DNA of 64,000 bases from Gloeobacterales cyanobacterium (GCA_038245785.1 JBBRSB010000001.1:320001-384000); one strand, 5' to 3'. Positions 39,142-49,157 are shown, counted from the first letter of the stretch. The notes: a model not told the origin generated them from the letters alone. Numbers and translations: made by a program.

Positions 39142-39179
39142 AAAAAAAGCCCCCTAGAGATTAATCTCTAGGGGGCTTT
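39142..39179. terminator. Bidirectional intrinsic terminator
   Basis: AAAAAAAGCCCCCTAGAGATTAATCTCTAGGGGGCTTT between convergent psaJ and hup. Confidence 0.85.
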
Positions 39180-39196
39180 GCCTAAGCTCTATAGAT

Positions 39197-39487
39197 TTAC
39201 TTTTTCGCTTTCTGAGCTTCTACTTTCTCTTTGAAGGACTTACCAGCAGAGAAAGCAGGCACCACTGTGGCAGGAATGGTCATTTTCTTACCAGACTGAG
39301 GGTTACGACCCTCACGCTCTTTACGTTCCCGGCGCTCAAATGAACCAAAACCGACCAAGGTCACTTTGTCGTCTTCAGACACGGCATCAACGATAGTTTC
39401 CAAAGCAGCGGTGATGATGGCATCAACGTCTTTCTTTGTGTGGCTCGTCCGCTTTGCTACAGCGTCTACCAATTCACCTTTATTCAT
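39197..39487 (-). CDS. hup: HU DNA-binding protein
   Basis: MNKGELVDAVA, VTLVGFGSF, REGRNPQSG, PAFSAGK. Confidence 0.97.
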   Translation of the reverse strand: MNKGELVDAVAKRTSHTKKDVDAIITAALETIVDAVSEDDKVTLVGFGSFERRERKEREGRNPQSGKKMTIPATVVPAFSAGKSFKEKVEAQKAKK

Positions 39488-39941
39488 GACAATCTCCTCA
39501 CAGTGGATATATGAACTTCAGTTACGCTTTCGTTTGACCTCAAGCCAGGGGTCTCTCTAGGTTCTTCTTGCTGTCTGCTGGCTGGACCAATTGGCACCCC
39601 TTGGGGCTTCAAACTGGCTGTGGGTGGGGCATGTACACTTTTGGGAGTAAGAATTTTTGCAGACATGGCGGGCGTTCTCCTTAGTGACAGATAGGGTACC
39701 TGTTAGCAATAGAAGCCGAAAACCTTTTCAGAGGGGAACCCTGATGAAACTGAACTTCAATGCCATATTTTACACGCTCTGTTCAAAGTTAGGTACTGTT
39801 TTCATTTTTTTCTTGGAAAAATATTTCAAATTTTTATATAAAGATTGATTTACATTACCAAGATCGGTTAACCCGTAGGATATTTCTTGGTCGGTCCGTA
39901 TATTAAATCGTTCTAAAATAGACATTCAAAAAATAATTTAG

Positions 39942-41738
39942 CTAGCGCGCTACTTTTTTAGGAGTTTTGACCGGGGGGTGCGCTACTTGCGCTCCCTTCT
40001 TGCGACTCATATAAACGTCGTAGATCTTCTTTGCCACAGGGGCTGCATCGGTTCCCCCGTGCCCTCCCCCTTCCACAAAGACGCAGATCGCAATTTCAGG
40101 ATTGTCGTAGGGCGCATAGCCTACAAAAACGGCATGGGTGCGGTGGGAATGGAAGTCTTCGGCCGTTCCGGTTTTCCCTGCAAAGCTTGTAGTTCCCAAA
40201 ACGCCACGGGCGGTACCACTGGCCACCACCTGTCTAAGACCATTGCGGACCACGGCTAAGGTTTCTGGTTTGAGGCTAAGGCTGGTTTTGACAGGAGGCT
40301 CTCCTTTCAGCAAATGCGGCTCGACGCGATAGCCGCCATTGGCAATGACAGAAACCATGACTGCATTCTGTAGCGGTGTAGACAGGTTAAACCCCTGTCC
40401 AATAGCCATGTTGGCCGTATCCCCTGGATACCATTTTTGCTTAAACGTCCTCAGCTTGTAGGCTTCACTGGGCACTATCCCCGCCGATTCAGACTGCAGG
40501 TTTAAGCTCGTTCTTTGTCCATAGCCAAATTTGCGGGCCATGGCCCCGATCCGTTCTGGACCAAGACGCAGCCCCACTTGATAGAAGAAGGTATCAGAAC
40601 TGACGGCCAAAGCTCTCGGAAAGCCGATGGTGCCAAAGCCTCGATGATTATGTTCTCCAAAGCGGCGGCTTCCCACCTGCAGGCTCCCGAAGGTATTGAG
40701 TACGGATTTCGGGTTAAACAGGCCTGACTCTAGGGCCGCCGTCGTCATGATGATCTTATAGGTACTGGCTGGCGGATAGGGGCGCACACCACGGTTTAGG
40801 AAGGGATGGTCCAGCTGGCGGAAATCCTGCCATTCTTTCTTATTGATCTTGTGCGAGAACATGTTCGGGTTGAAGTTAGGGTTGGAAGCCATCACTAAGA
40901 CTTCACCTGTTTTTGGCTCTATGGCTACCACCGCCCCCATGCGGGTCCCTAGTCCTTCCTGTGCTGCTTTTTGCATGTCCAGGTCTAGGGAAAGCGTCAC
41001 ATCTCCCCCCTTCTGCGATTTAATTGTCCCTAAGACACGCTTGACTTGTCCTGAGGCATCTACTTCTACCTGTTGACCGCCCCATTGTCCGTGCATCTGG
41101 GATTCAAATAACTGTTCTGCCCCCATCTTGCCGACAATGTCCCCAAGTTTGTAGCCTTGGTCTTTGCGGCGCTCCAGTTCTTTCTCTGAAATTTCTCCGG
41201 TATAGCCCAGGACTTGGGAGGCTAAATTGCCGTGAGGATACAAGCGACTGAGTTCAGCATCGACTCTTACGCCTGGCAAATCTGCTCCATGTTCTTTCAT
41301 CCGGATCACAAAGGCTGGATCTAAGCCTTGGAGCAAACGAACAGGATAGGGAGAGCGGAATCCTGCAATGCGCAGTTTCCGGTACATCTCTTCAGAGGTA
41401 AGACCCGTATAGGGAGCTAGACGCTCCAGAACCGCTGGCCATTTTCGAGGGCGCACCTGGAGCGGGTCTAGGAACAAAGAGTAGGTTAACTGACTACTGA
41501 CCAAAACTTTACCGTTGCGGTCTAGGAGTTCTCCCCGTTCTGGAGCCTTTGGCAAGAGACGGATACGGTTACTTTCAGCTTGCTCTCGATGTTCTGCGCC
41601 TTCAACAAGCTGTAAGAGGACCAAGCGAAGCACCAAGGCACCCAACAGCGTAGCGCCAATACCCAAGAGGGTAATGGCCCTTAAGCCACCCCCGGACCAT
41701 CGTTTTTCTTTTTCGTCAGTGCCTGTGCCTAGCTGCAT
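39942..41738 (-). CDS. mrdA: Penicillin-binding protein 2
   Basis: RGELLDRNG, PASTYK, SSDTFFY, GKTGTAE. Confidence 0.95.
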   Translation of the reverse strand: MQLGTGTDEKEKRWSGGGLRAITLLGIGATLLGALVLRLVLLQLVEGAEHREQAESNRIRLLPKAPERGELLDRNGKVLVSSQLTYSLFLDPLQVRPRKWPAVLERLAPYTGLTSEEMYRKLRIAGFRSPYPVRLLQGLDPAFVIRMKEHGADLPGVRVDAELSRLYPHGNLASQVLGYTGEISEKELERRKDQGYKLGDIVGKMGAEQLFESQMHGQWGGQQVEVDASGQVKRVLGTIKSQKGGDVTLSLDLDMQKAAQEGLGTRMGAVVAIEPKTGEVLVMASNPNFNPNMFSHKINKKEWQDFRQLDHPFLNRGVRPYPPASTYKIIMTTAALESGLFNPKSVLNTFGSLQVGSRRFGEHNHRGFGTIGFPRALAVSSDTFFYQVGLRLGPERIGAMARKFGYGQRTSLNLQSESAGIVPSEAYKLRTFKQKWYPGDTANMAIGQGFNLSTPLQNAVMVSVIANGGYRVEPHLLKGEPPVKTSLSLKPETLAVVRNGLRQVVASGTARGVLGTTSFAGKTGTAEDFHSHRTHAVFVGYAPYDNPEIAICVFVEGGGHGGTDAAPVAKKIYDVYMSRKKGAQVAHPPVKTPKKVAR

Positions 41739-41788
41739 AAACTAATTATGCGCTTTTCAGAGCTGAGTATATCGGCTAGCTGGGGCTT

Positions 41789-42427
41789 TTAACGGCGAAT
41801 AGCGACAGGAGCATCCAACTTAAGATTGAGGGAGCGGTCAGGCCGGACTACTACAACCCTGGGAGCCGTCACGTTGCCGACGATTACGCCAGCCGCCGCG
41901 CCTCCGAGTAAACCACCCAAAGAAACTCCACCCGTTACGGCGCCGAGAAGGGCACCACCAGCGGCACCAATGGCAGCATCTCCTGCAATCGCTCCCCCTT
42001 CATACTCTCTAGGATCCTTTTCATCGGGAATCATATCGGAACTGGCGCGCAGAGAAGTGTACTGCCCGTTGATGACAACTCCATCCGCAAAGAATTTTAG
42101 GCCGCCAGGTACCGGAGCGAACCGTCCACGCACTTCTGTCCCCTTAGGGAAGACGACCCCGCCTCGGTTATCTACTACATCTTGAGAGGTCACCAAGGTA
42201 GCATTGGCATCTTTACCTGGATCTAAGTATTGGGTTGAGTTGGCTGGAGCTGCTACAGGAACTGCTGCTCCTGCTTCCAAACGCGCAACTCCCACATTGA
42301 AGCGCCGATTGTTGACTTGAGATGCACTATTGTCTGGCTCCAAAACTGGATAGTCTGCTGCATACACCGACAGCAGAGGAGTTACAGCCATGGAAAGAGA
42401 GAGTGAAAGAACTAAGAAACGACGCAT
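41789..42427 (-). CDS. Exported hypothetical protein with glycine zipper
   Basis: Signal peptide; GDAAIGAAGGALLGAVTG motif. Confidence 0.75.
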   Translation of the reverse strand: MRRFLVLSLSLSMAVTPLLSVYAADYPVLEPDNSASQVNNRRFNVGVARLEAGAAVPVAAPANSTQYLDPGKDANATLVTSQDVVDNRGGVVFPKGTEVRGRFAPVPGGLKFFADGVVINGQYTSLRASSDMIPDEKDPREYEGGAIAGDAAIGAAGGALLGAVTGGVSLGGLLGGAAAGVIVGNVTAPRVVVVRPDRSLNLKLDAPVAIRR

Positions 42428-42727
42428 GATGTCCTCCTGAGAACTAATAATTTTGGTGTCCGCACGGTGCCCCTCTAGCGTCCCCTCATTCGTTGAGCAC
42501 CATTTAGGTCTATACCCGTCCGTTTTCTTCAGGGGGCAACTCTACCCTCATTATAGAACGGTAGATGTAGTTGGTTAATTCCCGAAATAGACTTTACTGG
42601 GTACTTTACGACGCTACATATGGATAGATAATCAGCGTACAACATAGTATTTGTCATGAAATACTAGCATACGCAAGAAAGTTTACGGGTTTACGACTGT
42701 TGTCTAGAGCACGGTTAGCTTCTAGAT

Positions 42728-43720
42728 CTAAAACTGCTTCAAGAAACGCTGGTCGCTATTGTACAAAAGCCGGATGTCGTCGATGCCGTAGAGTAACATA
42801 GCTAATCGCTCAATGCCCAGACCTGCGGCAAAGCCTTGGACTTTCTCAGGATCATAACCAACGGCTTTGAAGACATTTGGGTCTACCATCCCAGCGCCTA
42901 GGACTTCTAACCAGCGACCCCCAGATTTAGATTCCCACCAGATATCTACTTCCATGGAAGGCTCGGTAAAGGGGAAAAAGCTTGGGCGAAAACGGGTAGG
43001 ACGCTCTCCCAAAAGCTCTTCTATAAAAATAGTCAGAGTTCCTTTGAGGTCTGTAAAGGTAATATCCTCATCCACGGCCAACACTTCTAATTGATGAAAG
43101 ATCGGATAGTGGCTGGCATCTACGGCATCTCTGCGGAATACGCGCCCAGAGCAGATCATACGGAATGGAGGTTCATTTTCTTCCATGTAGCGAATCTGAA
43201 TGGAAGAGGTTTGGGTCCGCAGGAGCTGACCATTAGGCAGATAGAGCGTATCCTGCATGTCCCTGGCTGGGTGGTCTGCTGGTGTATTCAAAGCTTCAAA
43301 GTTGTAATATTCCGTCTCCACTTCCGGTCCTGTAGCAGGAGAGTAGCCCAAGCCCACAAAAATATCCGTGATCCGGTCAATGGTTCCGAGAATAGGATGG
43401 ATACTGCCCTGGGGAATATAGACACCGGGCATCGTCACATCAAGGGCTTCTGCAGCCAGTTGGCTATTAAGTTTGGCCTCTTCTAAGGTCGCTTTGCGTT
43501 CCTGTAACTGCTCTTCGAATTCGTTTTTAATCTGGTTGGCCAAAGCGCCAATCACCGGACGCTCTTCTGCCGAAAGCTTGCCCATGCCTCCCAAGATCGC
43601 CGAAAGCTTCCCCTTTTTCCCCAGGTACTCAATACGTAGCGCTTCTAAAGCTTCCAAGTTAGGGGCTTCGGTAAGAGCAAGATGGGCTTCTTGGTGGAGT
43701 TGATTTAGTTGGTCTTTCAT
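42728..43720 (-). CDS. pheS: Phenylalanine-tRNA ligase alpha subunit
   Basis: [31 protein letters not shown]. Confidence 0.98.
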   Translation of the reverse strand: MKDQLNQLHQEAHLALTEAPNLEALEALRIEYLGKKGKLSAILGGMGKLSAEERPVIGALANQIKNEFEEQLQERKATLEEAKLNSQLAAEALDVTMPGVYIPQGSIHPILGTIDRITDIFVGLGYSPATGPEVETEYYNFEALNTPADHPARDMQDTLYLPNGQLLRTQTSSIQIRYMEENEPPFRMICSGRVFRRDAVDASHYPIFHQLEVLAVDEDITFTDLKGTLTIFIEELLGERPTRFRPSFFPFTEPSMEVDIWWESKSGGRWLEVLGAGMVDPNVFKAVGYDPEKVQGFAAGLGIERLAMLLYGIDDIRLLYNSDQRFLKQF

Positions 43721-43807
43721 GACACATCGCAGTCTACGTTCCCTATTGTCTCTCAAGGCTGCGGTTTTTGGCCCGACTACCCCTTCAACGTTTTGGAAAA
43801 TAGTTCA

Positions 43808-44648
43808 CTTAAGCGCTGGAGACCCATTATCTGGAGCAATGCGCACATCCAGGATGTTAAAGATTTCGCTCTCCTTCGCTAGGCGTAGGGCTTGATAAAA
43901 TTCTTCTCCTATTTTTATCACAAAGCCACGACCACCCGTTGTGACCTCAGCGTATCAACCTAGGGATACTTGAATAAGCAGAGGTATAGTTAGTTGAAAC
44001 AATCACAATGTAACTATAAGAAGAAGTTTCCAGTGACGTCTACCGTCCTGTATCCGTGCAACGGTGCTAGTAATGCTTACCTCTGGTAGACGGCGCTATG
44101 GTCTACGACCCCTCGGTCCATCCTGACTCTAAGGCTCTGCCTATAGAGCGAGGCTTCCGCGCTTTTAGCTAATTGCTCTGCCAGCGCTACGACTTGTTCC
44201 TGTAAGCCAAAGCGGTGGACCTCCGCACAGGCCAGAATGACCGGAGCTTTAGCCTGATTGAGCATTTTCAGCGTCTCGGCAACCGATTCTGCCAAAGGGC
44301 CTGACTCAGTTCGCTTCACGGGCGGCGGCAGATGCTCAGCTTCCTCAATTTCTGCATAAACCATATCGCGGGGAATTTCCAGATAGACCGGGCGCTTGAA
44401 GGTTATGGCATAGTCGATAGCCCGGTGGATCTTGCTTCTGCGGTTTTTGGGTTGTCGAGGATCTCTGCGTAGAGAGTAACTTCCTCGTACACGCGACGCT
44501 GGGTCTCGTGGGTCATCACAATTGGCTTGATCGGATTCTCCACCAGAGCATCGTAGAGCGTCAGGGCAAAATCACCAGGGATGCCAAAGGCATGTTGCAC
44601 ACCTTGCTGATACAAGAGTTCAAAGATATGCGGTGCTAGTTGAGGCAT
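43808..44648 (-). pseudogene. TPP-dependent alpha-keto acid (indolepyruvate/pyruvate) decarboxylase remnant
   Basis: HAFGIPGDFAL..VMTHE, KRPVYLEIPRDMV, PVILACAEVHRFGLQ, and a C-terminal piece GGRGFVIK...ILDVRIAPDNGSPAL; frameshifts and large deletions. Confidence 0.85.
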
Positions 44649-44888
44649 TTTGGTTACCTTCCCTAATCACTATGTTGATTCCGTGTGCCTATTGAAGAGG
44701 ATCATCAATTTTTTCTGGATGGACCACGAAATAGAGCTACACCTTCGATCATGAACGAATTAGACAAAAAATGCTGTTTTAGCAAAAAAGATACAAAATT
44801 TTGGGCCTAGTCTCTACCTTTGAAACCAAGATTCAATAGGAGATGAAGGAGTTAGAGGGAATGCTGAACCTGCCTCTAAATGCTTAAA

Positions 44889-44909
44889 ATGCCAGCACTG
44901 TGCTAGCAT
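44889..44909. promoter_or_regulatory. Inverted repeat, candidate FitA-type operator
   Basis: ATGCCAGCAC-T-GTGCTAGCAT upstream of the antitoxin gene. Confidence 0.5.
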
Positions 44910-44944
44910 GTCCATGGATGGTGCTTTTGATGCTGGAGGTCCTG

Positions 44945-45169
44945 ATGGCAACGCTTACGATTCGCAATGTGCCGGATGAATTGGTCGACCGCATTAAGCG
45001 GTTGGCTGGACAAAAGGGGGTTTCGATGGAGCAGGAAATCCGCGATTTGTTGCAAAGTCGTTATGAGAAGCGCAGTGTGGTGCTTGAGCGCATACGTCAG
45101 CGCTGGGAAACGTTGCCGCTTCAATCTGCCGAACCGATACAGGACTGGAAAGCGCAGGGACGCCCCTGA
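44945..45169 (+). CDS. FitA-like RHH antitoxin
   Basis: MATLTIRNVPDELVDRIKRLA...SMEQEIRDLL; GGAGGT RBS. Confidence 0.9.
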   Translation: MATLTIRNVPDELVDRIKRLAGQKGVSMEQEIRDLLQSRYEKRSVVLERIRQRWETLPLQSAEPIQDWKAQGRP

Positions 45170-45171
45170 TA

Positions 45172-45561
45172 GTGATCGATACGATGGTATTTGCCTATGC
45201 TCTGCTACGGGTTGAGGATAAACATGAGCAAGCCCTTGCCGCGCTAGAAGGGACAGGGCAAATTATTGTGCCGGATTCGCTGTTTGTGGAGTTAGGGAAT
45301 GTGGTGTGGCAATGGATCCAGTTTCGGCAGTTGTCTCTGCAGGTTGGATTGGATGTGTTGGCAGATGCAGAGGCGTTGGTGGATAAGGTGGTTCCGATCG
45401 CCCGGATTCGGGAGATAGCGTTGGAGTTGGCCGTTCGGGCGGGGCATTCGTTTTACGACACGCTATTTATAGCAGCAGCCATTCAGGAGAAGACGCAACT
45501 GCTGACGTTTGACCGCAAGTTGGCAGCAAAGTTCCCCGACCAGGTGCGACTTTTAGAATAA
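45172..45561 (+). CDS. vapC: VapC PIN-domain toxin
   Basis: (I)VIDT, ELGNV, SFYDTLFIAAA, LLTFDRKL. Confidence 0.9.
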   Translation: MIDTMVFAYALLRVEDKHEQALAALEGTGQIIVPDSLFVELGNVVWQWIQFRQLSLQVGLDVLADAEALVDKVVPIARIREIALELAVRAGHSFYDTLFIAAAIQEKTQLLTFDRKLAAKFPDQVRLLE

Positions 45562-45620
45562 TGATTTCTGTAGATAAATTTGCTGTGGCCAGGTGTCGCA
45601 GTCTCGCTTAACAACAAGGT

Positions 45621-46104
45621 CAGGTGCATCGCGTCTATTTGGATGAGTTAGGCGATATTGAACGGTTGCCGCTGGGAGTGGCTCCCTTCGGCTCCGCTCA
45701 GGGAGCAAGAGCCCCGCTGGCTGAGCGAAGTCGAAGCTAGCTCTTTACTGGAACGATCGCGGCAAGAGGAATCCCAAGAAGCGAGTCGGGCCATAATAGA
45801 GATGCTGACAACAATACTGGTTTACAAGTTCACAGATTTGGGCCGAAGGGAGGCAGAAGCGATGCTAGGGATTTCACTTGAAGAAACGCGGTTTTATCGG
45901 GAAGTCAAGGAAGAAGGACGAGAGGAAGAAGGCCAATCGCTAGTTCTGCGCCAATTAAATCGGCGGGTTGGAACATTGCCAGAATCTGTCACAAGCAAAA
46001 TTTCTGATCTGTCGATCGAGCAAATTGAATCTCTAGCTGAGGCATTGTTAGATTTTCAATCGATTGCTGATTTAGAGGCTTGGCTGGAGAATTTGCCAAA
46101 GTAA
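45621..46104 (+). pseudogene. Rpn/DUF2887-DUF4351 family remnant interrupted by a REP-like element
   Basis: QVHRVYLDELGDIERLPLGVA, then REP-derived sequence and a frameshift, then IIEMLTTILVYKF...LRQLNRRVG...LAEALLDFQSIADLEAWL. Confidence 0.85.
45682..45737. repeat. Paired inverted REP-like repeats
   Basis: CTTCGGCTCCGCTCAG...CTGAGCGAAGTCGAAG. Confidence 0.85.
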
Positions 46105-46139
46105 GACTCGATTCCGTTTTGGCCTCGTTCTAACTAACG

Positions 46140-47195
46140 CTACCTCCGTCGGGAGCGTGCGGCCACCGCTAATTCTTCTAGCAAGACTTCGGTTTCTTCC
46201 CAAGCAATGCAGCTGTCGGTGATGCTTTGGCCATATTGCAGGGGTTTTCCAGGCTGGATGTCCTGACGACCGGCGAGCAAGTGACTTTCAATCATGATGC
46301 CGATGATGCGTCTATCTCCACCTGCGAGCTGAGTCGCCACATCGCGGCAGACCTCTGGCTGTTTATTGTAGTCTTTATGGCTATTGGCATGGCTACAATC
46401 AATCATCACACGCGCTTTTAGGCCCACTTTCTCTAGGTGCTCACTGACCTGTTGGACGTGCTCAGCAGAATAGTTGGTTGTGTTGCGACCGCCTCGGAGA
46501 ATGATGTGACAGTCTGGATTGCCGCTGGTGGTGAAAATAGCAGATTGACCCTTTTTAGTCTGGCCCAGGAAGCAGTGGGGGTGGGCCGCTGAGACAATCG
46601 CTTCGATGGCAATTTGTAAATTTCCAGAAGTCCCATTCTTAAAACCAATGGGGCAGGAAAGACCGGAGGCCAGTTCGCGGTGTACTTGGCTTTCGGTTGT
46701 GCGAGCACCAATCGCGCCCCAGCTAACTAAATCGGTGTAGTACTGTGGGGTCATCAAATCTAGAAATTCGGTACCAGCGGGTACACCCATCTCGGCTAGA
46801 TCTCGTAAGAGCTGACGGCCAATGCGCAGACCGTCATTAATTCGAAAACTGCCATCCAGGTATGGATCGTTGAGCAAACCCTTCCAGCCCACGGTGGTCC
46901 GAGGTTTCTCAAAATAGACGCGCATGATGATCAGCAGATCATCCGCCAGGCGATCATGGACTTTCTTGAGCCGCTGCGCATACTCACGGGCTGCCTCAGG
47001 ATCATGAATCGAGCAGGGACCGACCACAACCATCAGCCGATCATCTTCACCCTTAAGAATGCTTTGGATGTTCTTTCGCGTTGAGTGCACGGTCCAAGCG
47101 GCATCCTCGGTAAGCGGTAGTTCCTCAAGCAGGGCGGCTGGAGAGGTTACCACCTCGTTCCAACTAATACGCAAATCGTCCATATCAAATTTCAT
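46140..47195 (-). CDS. DAHP synthase class I-alpha (AroF/G/H type)
   Basis: DDLRI, GPCSIHD, RVYFEKPRTTVGWKG, IGARTTESQVHRELASG, DCSHANS. Confidence 0.96.
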   Translation of the reverse strand: MKFDMDDLRISWNEVVTSPAALLEELPLTEDAAWTVHSTRKNIQSILKGEDDRLMVVVGPCSIHDPEAAREYAQRLKKVHDRLADDLLIIMRVYFEKPRTTVGWKGLLNDPYLDGSFRINDGLRIGRQLLRDLAEMGVPAGTEFLDLMTPQYYTDLVSWGAIGARTTESQVHRELASGLSCPIGFKNGTSGNLQIAIEAIVSAAHPHCFLGQTKKGQSAIFTTSGNPDCHIILRGGRNTTNYSAEHVQQVSEHLEKVGLKARVMIDCSHANSHKDYNKQPEVCRDVATQLAGGDRRIIGIMIESHLLAGRQDIQPGKPLQYGQSITDSCIAWEETEVLLEELAVAARSRRR

Positions 47196-47425
47196 AGAGA
47201 ATCTGCCAGTTCAATGAACAAAGCGGAGAAAGCATAGCACACGGGGTGTACCCATGAAGAAGCGAACACAGATTTGCCAGAAACGCATCTCTGGAGAGGG
47301 CTCTGACTAGAGCTATACTAGCTCCCCCTGAGAATTAATTCCCTTTAGTTCGGTCGGCACAACTGCTTCAATAACGATACAATTTCACTGCATCGTAAAG
47401 GGTTAGGCCAGAGTTACCACTGAAA

Positions 47426-47932
47426 TCATTCACGCTTTGGATACTCGCCTGAATCTAAAGCTTCACGCAGCCTCTTATAAGTTGTTTCTGAATATTTGTT
47501 TACATTGCTTCTCATTCCTGTGCTAATGCATGTGTGATAGCGATGGTTATCGCGCAACTTAAAGAGCCTTATCATTGTTATTACATCATAAGAACGCACA
47601 CTCAATTTTTCGGCTAGTTGGGCACATGTATAAGTGTAGTAATCTTCTTTAGAAAGATGGATTTTGGAAAGTGCAATATCAGGATCATCAAGTTCAGTAG
47701 TCACTTTAAGGGCGGCATCCTCTGTTTCTCCATTGGCTAATGACTCAAACTGCCCTACAATCTTGTTAATGCTATTCTCCAGACGAGTAAGTTTATTAGT
47801 TAGGCGTTCATCAACAACTTCAGAAAGTATATTCCTGAGTCTGTCTTCAGACACCCCAATCATGTCATTATTTTCACGATTGAGGCGTGCCTGGCTCAGG
47901 GGAACAACAACATTATTTAACTCTAATGACAT
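47426..47932 (-). CDS. Hypothetical protein, coiled-coil plus possible C-terminal winged HTH
   Basis: Heptad region LTNKLTRLENSINKI; YTCAQLAEKLSVRSYDV HTH-like pattern; AAGGAG RBS. Confidence 0.7.
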   Translation of the reverse strand: MSLELNNVVVPLSQARLNRENNDMIGVSEDRLRNILSEVVDERLTNKLTRLENSINKIVGQFESLANGETEDAALKVTTELDDPDIALSKIHLSKEDYYTYTCAQLAEKLSVRSYDVITMIRLFKLRDNHRYHTCISTGMRSNVNKYSETTYKRLREALDSGEYPKRE

Positions 47933-47943
47933 GTGCCAACTCC

Positions 47944-48219
47944 TTAGGCAATTGCAGAAGATTGAGATTTTTCATGGATACGTTCTCTTACTAGACTTTG
48001 AGTCTCAGAGGCGATAAATTCAAGATCATCTTGTGAAAGAACACTTCCTAGTTCCTCCTGTAAAATTGCCATTAATTTCTCTTTATTGAGGCAATTTTGA
48101 CTCTCGGCTAGCTGAGTTAAGTATTCCCCTAAATGTTCTCCAATATCTAATCCAGCAGAAATTTCAAAATCATCCTCAACCTGGAGCGCCCAGTTCATCC
48201 AATTTTGTTCAGTACTCAT
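47944..48219 (-). CDS. Small acidic hypothetical protein
   Basis: AAGGAG RBS; tightly packed in the operon; NWALQVEDDFEISAG. Confidence 0.7.
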   Translation of the reverse strand: MSTEQNWMNWALQVEDDFEISAGLDIGEHLGEYLTQLAESQNCLNKEKLMAILQEELGSVLSQDDLEFIASETQSLVRERIHEKSQSSAIA

Positions 48220-48239
48220 ATCCGTTTTTCTCCTTAATG

Positions 48240-48812
48240 CTACCTACTGAAATCCGACTTGCTGATAATATCTGTCGCTGTCTTCACAGAAAGTTCAAAG
48301 TAATTCAGGTTCTGCTTGGAAGGGTCAGGACCAAAATCTACTAGTTGAAGCTTTTTGTAGAACCCATGGGCTTTAGATAGTGCATGTAAACCCAGCCTTC
48401 CTTTATATTCTAAATCGATACTCCTTTGAATAGCGAAGGTTATCAAAGCGGTACCAACAGCCTTATACATTGGTCCTTCTGGCGAGGGTCGATTCCAAGG
48501 AGCTACAGCCAGAAAATCCACGTAGACTAGGCCTCTACCGTTCTCCAACCTAGAACGATAACGGTCTATTTCTAGGATCATCATTCCCTGCGTGATCCTG
48601 TCACACTCTAATGCATATAGTTCATAACTAGGTGCCCTTGGTACTGATGCTTTTTTCGTCCACTCCCAGTGGCTGTCTTGCTCATCAGAAGCTTGTAGTC
48701 TTGGTTTCCAGAAGGTCTCGAAATCAGCTAGGTGTTTGTCTGATATAGGAATCAAGTCTGCATTAACAACCTGTTGGTTCTTGACGTGAAAAATTTTGAC
48801 ACTTGCTTTCAA
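48240..48812 (-). CDS. Atypical GNAT-fold acetyltransferase
   Basis: LVYVDFLAVAPWNR...YKAVGTALI (motif A-like), GRLGLHAL..AHGFYKK (motif B-like). Confidence 0.8.
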   Translation of the reverse strand: MKASVKIFHVKNQQVVNADLIPISDKHLADFETFWKPRLQASDEQDSHWEWTKKASVPRAPSYELYALECDRITQGMMILEIDRYRSRLENGRGLVYVDFLAVAPWNRPSPEGPMYKAVGTALITFAIQRSIDLEYKGRLGLHALSKAHGFYKKLQLVDFGPDPSKQNLNYFELSVKTATDIISKSDFSR

Positions 48813-48838
48813 GACAGATCCTTTCTATCTAGCAAAAG

Positions 48839-49048
48839 CTAGAAGAGTAAAACTTCAGATTTTTCTTTATCCAAAGACTCGACGTAGAACTTTTCCCCTT
48901 GTTCGATGCGCTGCTCAAGAACTGCCATCATCCTCAGAGCCTGCCGCAGAATGGCAGACTTACTCATTTCCTTTTTCTCGCTGAGTTCTGTGAGCAGCTC
49001 CAATTCGGATGACGACAGATTTAATGAAATTAACGTTTTCTTGTTCAA
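48839..49048 (-). CDS. Ribbon-helix-helix (CopG-like) protein
   Basis: ISLNLS..ELELLTELSEKKEMSKSAILRQAL; GGAGG RBS before TTG. Confidence 0.85.
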   Translation of the reverse strand: MNKKTLISLNLSSSELELLTELSEKKEMSKSAILRQALRMMAVLEQRIEQGEKFYVESLDKEKSEVLLF

Positions 49049-49077
49049 ATTTTGTTGCCTCCAGACCTCGCACCTTC

Positions 49078-49109
49078 TATATATAATATATATTTTATAT
49101 ATCCGTCAA
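49078..49109 (-). promoter_or_regulatory. -35 TTGACG followed by three ATATATA boxes at 9-bp period
   Basis: Minus strand TTGACG G ATATATA AA ATATATA TT ATATATA. Confidence 0.6.
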
Positions 49110-49157
49110 GGTGGAATCATTCCCTCCGGTGATAGATGTCCTCAGCTTTAGGCTGCG

